From positions 1,979 through 25,978 of the forward strand of contig CBDBJK010000024.1 of NCBI GenBank assembly GCA_965206395.1: a DNA stretch of 24,000 nt. Direction: 5' to 3'. Source of the stretch: Dehalococcoidia bacterium (GTDB lineage: Bacteria > Chloroflexota > Dehalococcoidia > Lucifugimonadales > CATOSD01). Position 1 is the stretch's first letter, and each line of letters opens with the position of its first letter. A model generated the notes under the pieces. It worked only from the letters and a program-made list of their open reading frames with translations, searched no databases and had not been told where the DNA came from. Shown in pieces: positions 1-8,238 of the stretch. Made by a program: the position numbers and the translations under genes.

Positions 1-1
1 C

Positions 2-166
2 GGACACCTTCGCACAGATATTCGCGGGCTGGCGTCGATGTACGCGAGCTATCTGACGCCAGCCGAACTCAAGGTCGTCGGCAGCACGGACGCGGCAGAC
101 GAGCATCTGACAACGGCAGGACTCATATTCTCCGGCCCGCGTCCCTGGATGCCCGACCAGTTCTAG
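2..166 (+). CDS. 3' end of a GNAT/Eis-like acetyltransferase (C-terminal sterol-carrier-like tail), 5' part outside the window
   Basis: The frame is open from the window edge and ends ...TTAGLIFSGPRPWMPDQF* (TAG 164-166). The tail pattern (LF..P.PW.PD.F) resembles C-termini of Eis-family GNAT proteins as I remember them. It is absent from the ORF track because it has no start codon. Confidence 0.4.
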   Translation, partial: GHLRTDIRGLASMYASYLTPAELKVVGSTDAADEHLTTAGLIFSGPRPWMPDQF

Positions 167-180
167 CTGTGCTAGGCCCT

Positions 181-192
181 TTCTAGCGAAGG
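181..192. repeat. Left copy of a 12-bp direct repeat TTCTAGCGAAGG bounding the AT-rich islet
   Basis: This is an exact 12-mer also present at 3133-3144. It lies 15 bp after the stop of the Eis-like gene, where base composition drops. Confidence 0.5.
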
Positions 193-1021
193 TATTTCCA
201 TCCCACCAACGAAGAATGGAGTGAGGAACGAGTGTAATAAGGTCTTGGGCACTTTAGGAATGATAAGTGTCGAATTGAGGGTACAAGCGGAACATCACAT
301 ACTTGCGCAAGCAAAAGGCCTGGCTGTTATTTCGGGGCGTTGTCATGGATATGGAGATAAATCAGACTCCTCCAGAGATACTTGGAACTTTTTGATGATG
401 CTCTCCGTCTTAATTATTGATGAGAAATCCATCCAAGCAGTCATAATTTGCCTATTTCCCACCTCAACTGAAGATTATCGTTGACTGTGCAAGAAAGTGA
501 TGCTAAGGTGTTCGCGCAACCCTGATTTTCCTCTCTGGTGACCTGATCGTGGAAACTTCCGCCAAGGCTTGACTATGAAAATCGGGACTTAAGCACGTCA
601 GAAAGACTTTACAAATGAGGTGCGAACATAGCAACTTATGTGCAAGCCCTTGAAGCAGTGCAGAAATATGGACTGCAAACGCTCTTGAACAGCAAGGGAG
701 TCCACGCGGTTGGCGTAGGTGTGAAGGATGACACTCCTTTCCGTTCAGCCAAGGGTAATGACTTCAGCGTTACGGCTGTAGTCAGTAACAAAAGAACTAT
801 CCGTGATTTGGCAGAAGAAAACATCCTCCCTTTTTCAGATGCATTCAAGAGAGACACAGCAAACACATCTGCCGAACCGGTAGAAATCAATGTTGTTGAG
901 TCAGGTGGGCCACCGCGATTGGAGATGTTGCTCGTACCAAAGATACAAAGAGGTCAATATGGAGGAAGGCGTCCTTTATTGGATACGCAGAAACGGTTCA
1001 ACTCCCTACGTTGCGGTATTA

Positions 1022-1839
1022 GGTTGTGTTGACATTTGGTGCATAATGGATACATGTCAACGACTGAATTACGCAATGAACAATGGTCGAAAATCCTTGA
1101 ATTTCTGCGCTCATGCCCAGACCTCTACGTTGGAGAGGAGGACGATTGCAGGCGCTACGTCGAGGCCATCCTGTGGATGGCACGAAGTGGTGCTCCTTGG
1201 AGACTGCTGCCTGAGCACTACGGTCACTGGAACAGCGTATATAAGCGCTTCGCACGCTGGTGTGAAAAGGGTGTATGGGAACGAATGCATCAGCATTTTG
1301 TGCAAGACCCCGATATGGAGCATGTCATCATTGATAGCACTGTGATAGCACTGTGGTTCGCGCTCATCCCTGTGCTGCTGGAGCCTCCAAAAAAACGGTG
1401 GCCAATCGGCCCAAGCTCTTGGCCGGAGCCGAGGCGGGTTCAGTACCAAGATCCACGTGAGCGTGGATGGATTGGGCAACCCGTTGCGCTTTGAGCTCAC
1501 AGCAGGTCAACGTCACGACATCACCCAGGCACAGGCATTGATAGCTGATTTCGAAACGAGCATGTGATTGCTGATAAGGGATACGATTCGATGGATTTTC
1601 TCCAATGCATCCTGGGCAGGGGCGCGTTACCTGTGATTCCACCTCGGTCAAATCGAAAGACGCCACGAGAGTATGATGAGTACCTTTACCGAGAGCGCCA
1701 CCTTGTGGAGTGTTTCATCAACAAGATCAAGCACTACCGGCATATCTTCTCTCGCTTTGACAAGCTGTCATCGCGTTTCCTGGGATTCTTGAACTTCGTC
1801 GGTGCTCTCATATGGCTCAGATGAAATGTCAACACAACC
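1022..1839 (+). mobile_element. 818-bp IS5-family insertion sequence (DUF4096 + DDE type), decayed copy, TA target duplication
   Basis: Perfect 16-bp terminal inverted repeats are GGTTGTGTTGACATTT (1022-1037) and AAATGTCAACACAACC (1824-1839). They are flanked by TA (1020-1021) and TA (1840-1841). The transposase stop overlaps the right IR. Confidence 0.85.
1054..1824 (+). pseudogene. IS5-family DDE transposase, multiply frameshifted
   Basis: The N-terminal part is MSTTELRNEQWSKILEFL...GAPWRLLPEHYGHWNSVYKRFARWCEKGVWERM...IDSTV. The middle part, in another frame, is NGGQSAQALGRSRGGFSTKIHVSVDGLGNPLRFELTAGQRHDITQA. The C-terminal part, back in the first frame, is HVIADKGYDS...IPPRSNRK...YRERHLVECFINKIKHYRHIFSRFDKL...ALIWLR*. 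Three frame changes are needed to read it. Confidence 0.8.
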
Positions 1840-2724
1840 TAGTATCTCATCTCCAAACGGGCATTATCCCAATATGTTGAGTGTAGGTACACTGGGTGCT
1901 TTTGCGCGAGACGATTTAAATGAGCTATATTTAATATCTAACAACCATGTCATCGCCCACTCAAATACGGGCGCCACGAGTGACCCCATAGTCCAAGTCA
2001 GAACGCTAGACCTAACGGAAATAGAAATGTCCCTTATGAGCGATACGCCTGCAGTTGCCAACACCCTGAAAATAGCGGAGCTTACTGACTTTGTCCCCAT
2101 TCAATTTCCGACGCCGCAGAATGTGCCCTTGAATAGAAGCGACACAGCAATCGCTAGACTAATCTCCAATGGTAGAGACACAGACGGGATTCACTGCCTA
2201 GCCTTCGCTGGCGCAATTATGGGGGTGGCTGACCCCATCGATGTAGACAATGATGGACACCCCAATGTACCGACTCGCGTGTACAAAATGGGACGAACCA
2301 CCGGACTAACCGAAGGCGAAGTGGATATGATCGGAGCGATTGTCCCGATACCGTATCCTCAAGGAGTCGCCTACTTTACCGATCAGATCATTGTCCACCC
2401 AACCGACGACAATGCAGGGCCTTTCAGTGACCAGGGTGATAGTGGAAGTATCGTCCTAGATGAACGACATCAAGTACTTGGACTGCTCTATGCCGGTAGT
2501 CCCAGAAGGACATTCATAAACCCAATAGAATTTGTCCTGGAAGACCTCAGTAATCAGATAAACAGGCCACTTACTTTGGTGACACTCTGAAAACCAAACC
2601 ATACGTTCGGGAATACCGTATAATATATAGGCAACTTCACCGGTGCCAATTCACGCATACAAAGTCTCCCACAGGATTGACCGCGCAAGCTGCTAAGCGC
2701 ATCCAAGTAATTAGAGGGTGACAA

Positions 2725-2979
2725 ATGGAAAATCAATTGACGCGCCGGAGAATACAGGAACTATTGAGATCACATACTCATGAGATAATGAAACAACTAG
2801 GTGATGAGGAAATCATAATCGGCATATCAATGTCTGATTCTAAAGCTTGTCTAAGTGTTTCGGTACTATCAGAGCGTGTATCCGAAATACCGCATTCAAT
2901 CACCATAATGACTGACGAAGGAGAAGTGGAGATTCCAGTCAAAGCAAAAGGAGACTACGAACCCATTCGTCTTCATTGA
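2725..2979 (+). CDS. Small hypothetical protein (84 aa) resembling the N-terminal domain of the adjacent protease
   Basis: An ATG is preceded by AGAGGGTG at good spacing. By eye, its pattern (helix, then IIIGISMSD, LSVSVL, IPHSI, VEIPVKAKGDYEP) parallels the protease N-terminus (VHAVGVGVKDD, FSVTAVV, LPFS, VEINVVESGGP). Confidence 0.5.
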   Translation: MENQLTRRRIQELLRSHTHEIMKQLGDEEIIIGISMSDSKACLSVSVLSERVSEIPHSITIMTDEGEVEIPVKAKGDYEPIRLH

Positions 2980-3042
2980 AGCTGTTCGACTCAAAGAACG
3001 AAACTGATAAGCTAGAGTCAATAACGGGATAAACGATGATAA

Positions 3043-3075
3043 AAGGGGTTCCAATGAGTTGCATTGGAACCCCTT
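3043..3075. terminator. Strong hairpin between convergent genes (bidirectional terminator candidate)
   Basis: AAGGGGTTCCAATG-agttg-CATTGGAACCCCTT forms a 14-bp perfect stem. On the minus strand it is followed by TTTATC. It lies between the small ORF (+) and the CoA-transferase (-). Confidence 0.6.
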
Positions 3076-3132
3076 ATGTGTTGGCATTTCCCCAGAGCTA
3101 TCAATGTCAGGCATAGCAACCCACATGAAAAA

Positions 3133-3144
3133 TTCTAGCGAAGG
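3133..3144. repeat. Right copy of the 12-bp direct repeat TTCTAGCGAAGG
   Basis: This is an exact copy of 181-192. It overlaps the last codons and stop (…L R *) of the minus-strand CoA-transferase gene. Confidence 0.5.
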
Positions 3145-4592
3145 CTCGCCTTTAGCGACTTGCGCAACTCACTGCGAAAGTCGGGATGGGCTATCGCAAT
3201 AAGAGCCTCGGCCCGCTCCCAGTGGTTCTTGTCTATCAAGCTGGCTAAGCCGTACTCGGTTACTATGGTGTCGGCAAAGAAACGGGGAATGGTTATCAAC
3301 GACCCCGCCTCCATCATGGGCACAATGCGGGAGACCGCACCACCCAACGCTGTGGAAAACAGGAGGGTGATTGCCCTACCACCCTTCGAGTACAGCGCGC
3401 CCATGTGAGTCTCGGGCTGACCGCCGATGCCGTTTATCATACGGGGGCCAAATACGCTCTCGGAGTTAATCTGCCCCGTCAAGTCCACGGATATGGCGTT
3501 GTTCATGCCTATCTGCCGTTCGTTCTGAGCGATAAGCATGGGGTTCAGCAGATACTCTGGGTCGTATAGCTCAAACAAGGGGTTGTCGTCGATGATGGAC
3601 ATCTCCTTGTCATCTGCGGACCTCCAGGAGACTGCAACCGCCTTGCCTTTATGAATGCTCTTGCGGCTTCCGTTAATCACGCCCGCTTCCACCAGCGGAA
3701 TTACTCCTGGCACGACCAGTTCCGTGTGCAGGCCCAGATCGACCCTATCGTCGAATATGCCCAACCTTGGCAGGTATACTGAAGGCGCGCCTACCCCGGT
3801 CTGGACGGTCGCGCCGTCTGGAATGAGACGCTTCACGTGTTCGGCGATGGCGTGCGCTTCTGGGGGCGGTTCCAGCAAGCCGAAACGGGTCTTGACGTCT
3901 TTCAAGTCAACGGTATCCAGACGCGGCACGATGGGGGCCAGTCGGCGCGGATTGACGTAGTTGATAATCTCCTCAAGCGCAGTCCGTCTCTCCACCGGGA
4001 AATCAGAAACAGCTTGCAAAAGCTCTTCCCTGGTCAGGGATGGGGGCGTCTCAACAAAATGGTCGAACATGGATATGGGCAAATAACAGTCGCCGCGTGC
4101 GCGGGCGAGCGAGGGGTCGACCTCGGCTATCACCTTCCGCGCCCGTTTCACGTAGCTACGCTTGTACCAGAGCTGCGGGCCAAACGAGACCAGACCATGC
4201 TTGTCTGGAGGAGTCACGGTCGTCATCACAACGTCAACAGGCTTTGCCTCGGAGGGGCGCTCATCCCCTACCTTGTGGCTTAACGAAAAGGGAAGCGGCA
4301 AGAATGGGGCGAGGCCGTCGTCATGAAACGGCCTCGCATTTGGGCCTATGAAGTTCTCGAACTCCACCTGGAAATTTCCTTCCTCGGAGGATAGGAACAG
4401 GTTCAGATCGAGTTCTGGGACCGAAATGGAGATGCTCACGCCTTGAAGCTCGTGCCTTCGGGCAGACAGGGCCTGGGCTAACTGGCGCGGCTGATCGGTA
4501 AGGGGAATGACTATTCTGTCACCATTCTCTACCAACCTGACCGCTTCTTCAGCCGAGACCAATTTGCGCTTGTATTCTTCCTGCCAGCTCAT
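3135..4592 (-). CDS. Acetyl-CoA hydrolase/transferase family protein (4-hydroxybutyrate CoA-transferase-like)
   Basis: This 485-aa ORF has the family's N- and C-terminal domain pattern (…GATVQTGVGAPS…, …ISVDLTGQINSE…, …GIGGQPE…). Coding is clean on the minus strand. Confidence 0.8.
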   Translation of the reverse strand: MSWQEEYKRKLVSAEEAVRLVENGDRIVIPLTDQPRQLAQALSARRHELQGVSISISVPELDLNLFLSSEEGNFQVEFENFIGPNARPFHDDGLAPFLPLPFSLSHKVGDERPSEAKPVDVVMTTVTPPDKHGLVSFGPQLWYKRSYVKRARKVIAEVDPSLARARGDCYLPISMFDHFVETPPSLTREELLQAVSDFPVERRTALEEIINYVNPRRLAPIVPRLDTVDLKDVKTRFGLLEPPPEAHAIAEHVKRLIPDGATVQTGVGAPSVYLPRLGIFDDRVDLGLHTELVVPGVIPLVEAGVINGSRKSIHKGKAVAVSWRSADDKEMSIIDDNPLFELYDPEYLLNPMLIAQNERQIGMNNAISVDLTGQINSESVFGPRMINGIGGQPETHMGALYSKGGRAITLLFSTALGGAVSRIVPMMEAGSLITIPRFFADTIVTEYGLASLIDKNHWERAEALIAIAHPDFRSELRKSLKASLR

Positions 4593-4709
4593 CGAATACT
4601 TCCAAGAGGTCTGAATTTACGCGGGCTATCTCGCTCCACTCGACGAGGATGAGAGATAGCCCGGAAGTCTCTAGTCGTGGCTAACATGAGTAAAACGTCA
4701 TGACAAGGA

Positions 4710-5381
4710 TTACCTAGTGTCCTCTGGAATTGCCGCATTTGCATTGCTGAACAGGTCTCGCAACTCGTTTGCGGACAGTGCTTGAGATGATGGAGCGCTT
4801 GTATCAATCAAGTCAAAGTCCCAGCACGCCATACCCTCCGATGTCGTCAGCGTTGTGAAGAACATGAGAAGACCTGAAGGAGGCACTGGCACCGAAAAAG
4901 TTGGCACGTGTGTCGGTGGATCGATAAGCACTATGATCGGTGCTCCCCAGAGCGGAATGAACTGGCCTCGGAAGATCAACCATACGTTCCAGAGCGCAGG
5001 TTCTTTTGCTCCAATAAGGAATCCCAGGTCGAGAGTGCCCTCCGCATAGTCAAGCTCTATGTCCAGAGTACATGCTGGAGTCGGCGTCGACATGGGTGTC
5101 GGCGTAGGGGGCCTTGGCGTTGGTCTAGCCGTAGCAGCAGGCGCTGGCGTAGCTGTTGGCGGTATAGCTGGTGGCGGCGTCGGAACCGGCGTTGGAGGCG
5201 CTGGCGTGGCTGTTGGCGCTGGCTTGGCTGTCGGAACTGGCGTTGGAGTCACAACACCGCCGGTTACGGGCGCGCGGAGGTCGTTTCCCTGTACGGCTGA
5301 TTGTTGCGCGATTACCGTCGCCGCAATAACCAGTGCGCCAAGCAGCATGGCAGTCACCAGCAAACTAATCTTGCGAAGCAT
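4710..5381 (-). CDS. Secreted hypothetical protein with a Pro/Thr-rich linker and an uncharacterised C-terminal domain
   Basis: The N-terminal signal-like segment is MLRKISLLVTAMLLGALVIAATVIAQQ. It is followed by ~70 aa of PT-rich repeats (PTPVPTAKPAPTATPAPPTPVPTPPP...) and a ~110-aa Cys-bracketed domain. The + strand G/V-rich ORF 5059-5385 is its antisense shadow. Confidence 0.6.
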   Translation of the reverse strand: MLRKISLLVTAMLLGALVIAATVIAQQSAVQGNDLRAPVTGGVVTPTPVPTAKPAPTATPAPPTPVPTPPPAIPPTATPAPAATARPTPRPPTPTPMSTPTPACTLDIELDYAEGTLDLGFLIGAKEPALWNVWLIFRGQFIPLWGAPIIVLIDPPTHVPTFSVPVPPSGLLMFFTTLTTSEGMACWDFDLIDTSAPSSQALSANELRDLFSNANAAIPEDTR

Positions 5382-5448
5382 ATAGAACCCTTTCGTATCA
5401 GATGAACCTCAAGCGCGCCGCATTCGTGCGGCATTATTATCTTACTAA

Positions 5449-6329
5449 GAGCGTCTAACAAAACCATTATTGGAACAGAAAGCGAGAGCAGATGATGGCA
5501 CAACCTATGGCCAAGAAAGCCTCATGTATGTCTGCCCTGCGCTCATATCGAACCCGTAAGCGTCGGAACTGATGAAGCCAACTCAGGCTTCTCTCAACCA
5601 CCCATCTATGCACACCCAACCCGCTGCCATGCGGCTCACCTCGCTTGGCCAGCAGCGGCCAGATATGTCGCTTCTTCAACTCCTTGCGAACAGGCTCAGA
5701 GTCATACCCTCTGTCTCCCTGCGCCTGAAGAGGACGCTTGCGAGGCCTGCCTCGCTTGCCCTTGACAGCAGGTATGGCATCCACCAACTCAAGGGCTTGG
5801 GTGACATCGTGAGCGTTCGCGCCAGTCAACCTGACCGCCAGTGGAATGCCCTGGGCATCGGTTATGATATGATGCTTGCTACCCGCCTTCGCCCTGTCCG
5901 TGGGGTTGGGGCCTGTTTTCTGCCCCCAAAAACTGCTCGCACTGAAGCACTGTCCAGCACTGCGCGAGTCCAGTCTATGCGCTCAGCTGCTTGCAGGCGC
6001 TCAAGGCATACCAAGTGGATGCGCTCCCAGACTCCCCGACTGGTGCCAATCTCTGAGGCGCCTCCAGCAGGTCATCCCACTGCCACAGTCCATCTCCTTG
6101 GGTAGGTCTTCCCAGCCAATGCCTGTCTTTAGCACGAACAGTATCCCACTTAGGACCTGTCTGTCAGGTATCCTGGGCCTTCCTCCTTTCGGCTTCGGTG
6201 GTTGTGGCGGCAGTAAGGGTTGCACCAGTTCCCAGAATTCATCGCTTACAAGGGGCTTAGACATTAGGTCATCCTCCTCCAGAGAATGTCCAGATTCTAA
6301 CCCCTTTTATTAGGTTTTGTTAGACGCTC
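5449..6329 (-). mobile_element. 881-bp IS5-family IS (two-ORF, -1 frameshift type), copy 1, inverted relative to copy 2
   Basis: The 17-bp perfect terminal IRs are GAGCGTCTAACAAAACC (5449-5465) and GGTTTTGTTAGACGCTC (6313-6329). Flanks are TAA (5446-5448) and TTA (6330-6332). All translated frames match copy 2 except for one extra base. Confidence 0.9.
5467..6264 (-). pseudogene. IS5-family transposase, orfA frameshifted by a 1-bp homopolymer expansion
   Basis: orfA is MSKPLVSDEFWELVQPLLPP...DWHQSG, then goes out of frame (SLGAHPLGMP*). Copy 2 reads ...DWHQSGVWERIHLV. The C-run at 6034-6037 has 4 bases versus 3 in copy 2. orfB (5467-5829) is identical to copy 2. Confidence 0.85.
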
Positions 6330-6389
6330 TTAGAATCGTTAATTCCAGGGCTTAAAACAATGTTAGAGATTCAATTGGAGTCTACTGTA

Positions 6390-7271
6390 TCACACCCGCA
6401 GGCTTTGCTCGTCGGCGTAACGGGCGTCCTGCGCCAGCAAATCATCAAGCCCGACGATGTTGAAGCAGTCTTCCAGGCTGTCCATGCTGTCCATCATGTG
6501 CGCCGTCGTGCCCTTTTGCTTCAACTCTCGCATGAGGTTAGAGACGACTTTGGAGACCATCATGAAGGCGCTTCCGGGGAAGATGACCAGCTTGTATCCC
6601 ATGCTCTCTAGCTCTGATACGGACAGCAGAGGGGACTTCCCAGACTCCACGAAGTTGTAAAGCAGTGGAATGTCAAAGGTCTGCGCGACGCGCTCCGCCT
6701 CCTCCGGCGTTCGCAGGGCTTCGACGAACAGAACGTCGGCCCCAGCCTTGATGTAGGCCTCGCATCGAGACATGGTGTCGTCCCAGTCGGTGACGGCGAG
6801 GGCGTCTGTACGAACGATGATGACGAAATCGTCGTCTGTGCGCGCGTCCACGGCGGCGCGGATTTTCTGAACCATGTCGCCAACCGGTATCACGCGCTTG
6901 TTGTCCAGATGGCCGCAGCGCTTGGGCGATTCCTGGTCTTCGATGTGAATTGCGGCCACGCCAGCGCGTTCGTACTGCCGGACTGTGCGCTGCACGTTGA
7001 GCACGCCGCCATAGCCGGTATCGGCGTCCGCGATGACCGGCACGTCCACCGAACCGGCAATGGCGGCGGCGTTGGCGACCATCTCGGTCACGGAGGCAAG
7101 GCCGAGGTCCGCGTAGCCAAGCTGCGCAATCGACGTTCCCGCGCCAGTCATGTACACGGCCTGGAAGCCTTCGTTCTGAATGATTCTCGCCGTCAGGCAG
7201 TCGTAGGCTCCCGGCGCTACCGTAATCCCAGGCTCTTTAAGCATCTGCCGCAGTCGTGTCGTAGTTCGCAT
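6390..7271 (-). CDS. Isocitrate lyase/PEP mutase superfamily enzyme (2-methylisocitrate lyase / oxaloacetate decarboxylase-like)
   Basis: The 293-aa product carries the signature KRCGH (EDQESPKRCGHLD), plus PGAYDCLTARI and DADTGYG motifs typical of the ICL/PEPM family. Confidence 0.8.
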   Translation of the reverse strand: MRTTTRLRQMLKEPGITVAPGAYDCLTARIIQNEGFQAVYMTGAGTSIAQLGYADLGLASVTEMVANAAAIAGSVDVPVIADADTGYGGVLNVQRTVRQYERAGVAAIHIEDQESPKRCGHLDNKRVIPVGDMVQKIRAAVDARTDDDFVIIVRTDALAVTDWDDTMSRCEAYIKAGADVLFVEALRTPEEAERVAQTFDIPLLYNFVESGKSPLLSVSELESMGYKLVIFPGSAFMMVSKVVSNLMRELKQKGTTAHMMDSMDSLEDCFNIVGLDDLLAQDARYADEQSLRV

Positions 7272-7521
7272 TGTTTTCTCCTTAGTTGAGTGAAGTTCCC
7301 TGTATCAAAGTGTATACATAGATGGGCGAATTTTAGCACTGCCTACCAAGTCGGTCAAAGACTCTCATTTGGCAGTATGATTCGGCTCTCTTTCGTTTCG
7401 ATAAAGAACCCGATGCGATCTGTTCTGTCGTAATTGACAGCTATCGATGGCACTGTTAAACTCGCGCTCGTCGATTATGCCTGTTACTTAACCCCACAAC
7501 AGTTTTTAAGGAGAAAAGGTC

Positions 7522-8229
7522 ATGAACAACAACACGCAGCGTATTATAGCCACATTAGAGGAGTCTCTGGGATTGCCGCGCCCTCCTATTGGGCTTGCCT
7601 TCGTCGATGGGCCGCCTGCTGGCGTCGAAAAATCCGACACAGGCGTGCCGTCGGCCTGCTCCTTCTGGCGCATGGCGGAAAAGAGTGTCTTCTACGCCTC
7701 AGAGGAAGAACATCTCAACTGTCCAATCGGCGTTATGACGATGGGCTTTCAGATTCCAGAAGAGCGCCAGGCAGAAGCTCAGACCATCGTCGAAACCATG
7801 TGCGAGTTGGAGTACATCACGCCAGAGGAGGCGAGCGCGATTCCGTCGGTCCCTGGAGGACACAAAGGGATTGTCTACGGCCCTATATCCCAGATGCCCG
7901 TCGACCCCGATGTGGCCCTATTCTTTTGCAAACCCGCTCAGGCGATGCTTCTAGTAGAGGCATCGGATAGCGTCACGTGGACAGGAGCGGGCATGACTGC
8001 CTTTGGTCGGCCTACCTGTGCTGCAATTTCAATGGCTATCAAGAGCAGCAACGCCAGCGCAAGTATGGGGTGTATCGGATTTCGAGTTTACACAGGCATT
8101 CCTGATGAGGAGATGCTGATCGTGGTTCCTCGTCAGCAGCTTGAGATACTCGCTAGAAAAATGGACACCATCGTGTCCGCGAATGGCAGCCTGGAAGAGT
8201 TTCACACCCAACGACGCGCCCTCGTGTAG
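7522..8229 (+). CDS. DUF169 family protein
   Basis: The 235-aa ORF has an ATG preceded by AAGGAG. The pattern PIGLAF...CSFW...NCPIG...RPTCAA...MGCIG matches my memory of DUF169 (COG2043) proteins. Confidence 0.6.
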   Translation: MNNNTQRIIATLEESLGLPRPPIGLAFVDGPPAGVEKSDTGVPSACSFWRMAEKSVFYASEEEHLNCPIGVMTMGFQIPEERQAEAQTIVETMCELEYITPEEASAIPSVPGGHKGIVYGPISQMPVDPDVALFFCKPAQAMLLVEASDSVTWTGAGMTAFGRPTCAAISMAIKSSNASASMGCIGFRVYTGIPDEEMLIVVPRQQLEILARKMDTIVSANGSLEEFHTQRRALV

Positions 8230-8238
8230 ACTGGATTA

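Larger units (their letters stand above)
640..2590 (+). pseudogene. Chymotrypsin-fold (S1) serine protease with an N-terminal ~120-aa domain, interrupted by an IS element
   Basis: ORF 640-1032 and ORF 1802-2590 join in frame when 1022-1839 plus one TA is removed (...RFNSLRCGI|SISSPNGHYPNMLSVGTLGAF...), restoring 376 aa. Triad-like motifs are NNHV (His), DTAIARL (Asp) and GDSGS (Ser). The GTG-640 start is uncertain because the GAGG lies 17 nt upstream. No signal peptide is present. Confidence 0.8.

Noticed and set aside
221-484. An 87-aa ORF in the gene-poor left part of the AT-rich islet.
   Set aside because: It has a GTG start with GGAG directly abutting it (no spacer), no recognisable motif and a composition unlike the neighbouring real genes. 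I cannot support it as a gene, so the region is better described as unannotated.
5059-5385. A Gly/Val-rich 108-aa ORF on the plus strand, with 4908-5300 (Arg/Trp-rich) alongside.
   Set aside because: These are reverse-complement shadows of the Pro/Thr-rich linker of the minus-strand secreted protein, which has a proper signal peptide and start context.
7434-7970. A 178-aa ORF overlapping the DUF169 gene in another frame.
   Set aside because: The DUF169 frame has an AAGGAG RBS and family-like Cys/Gly motifs. The overlapping frame is Arg-rich with no features.
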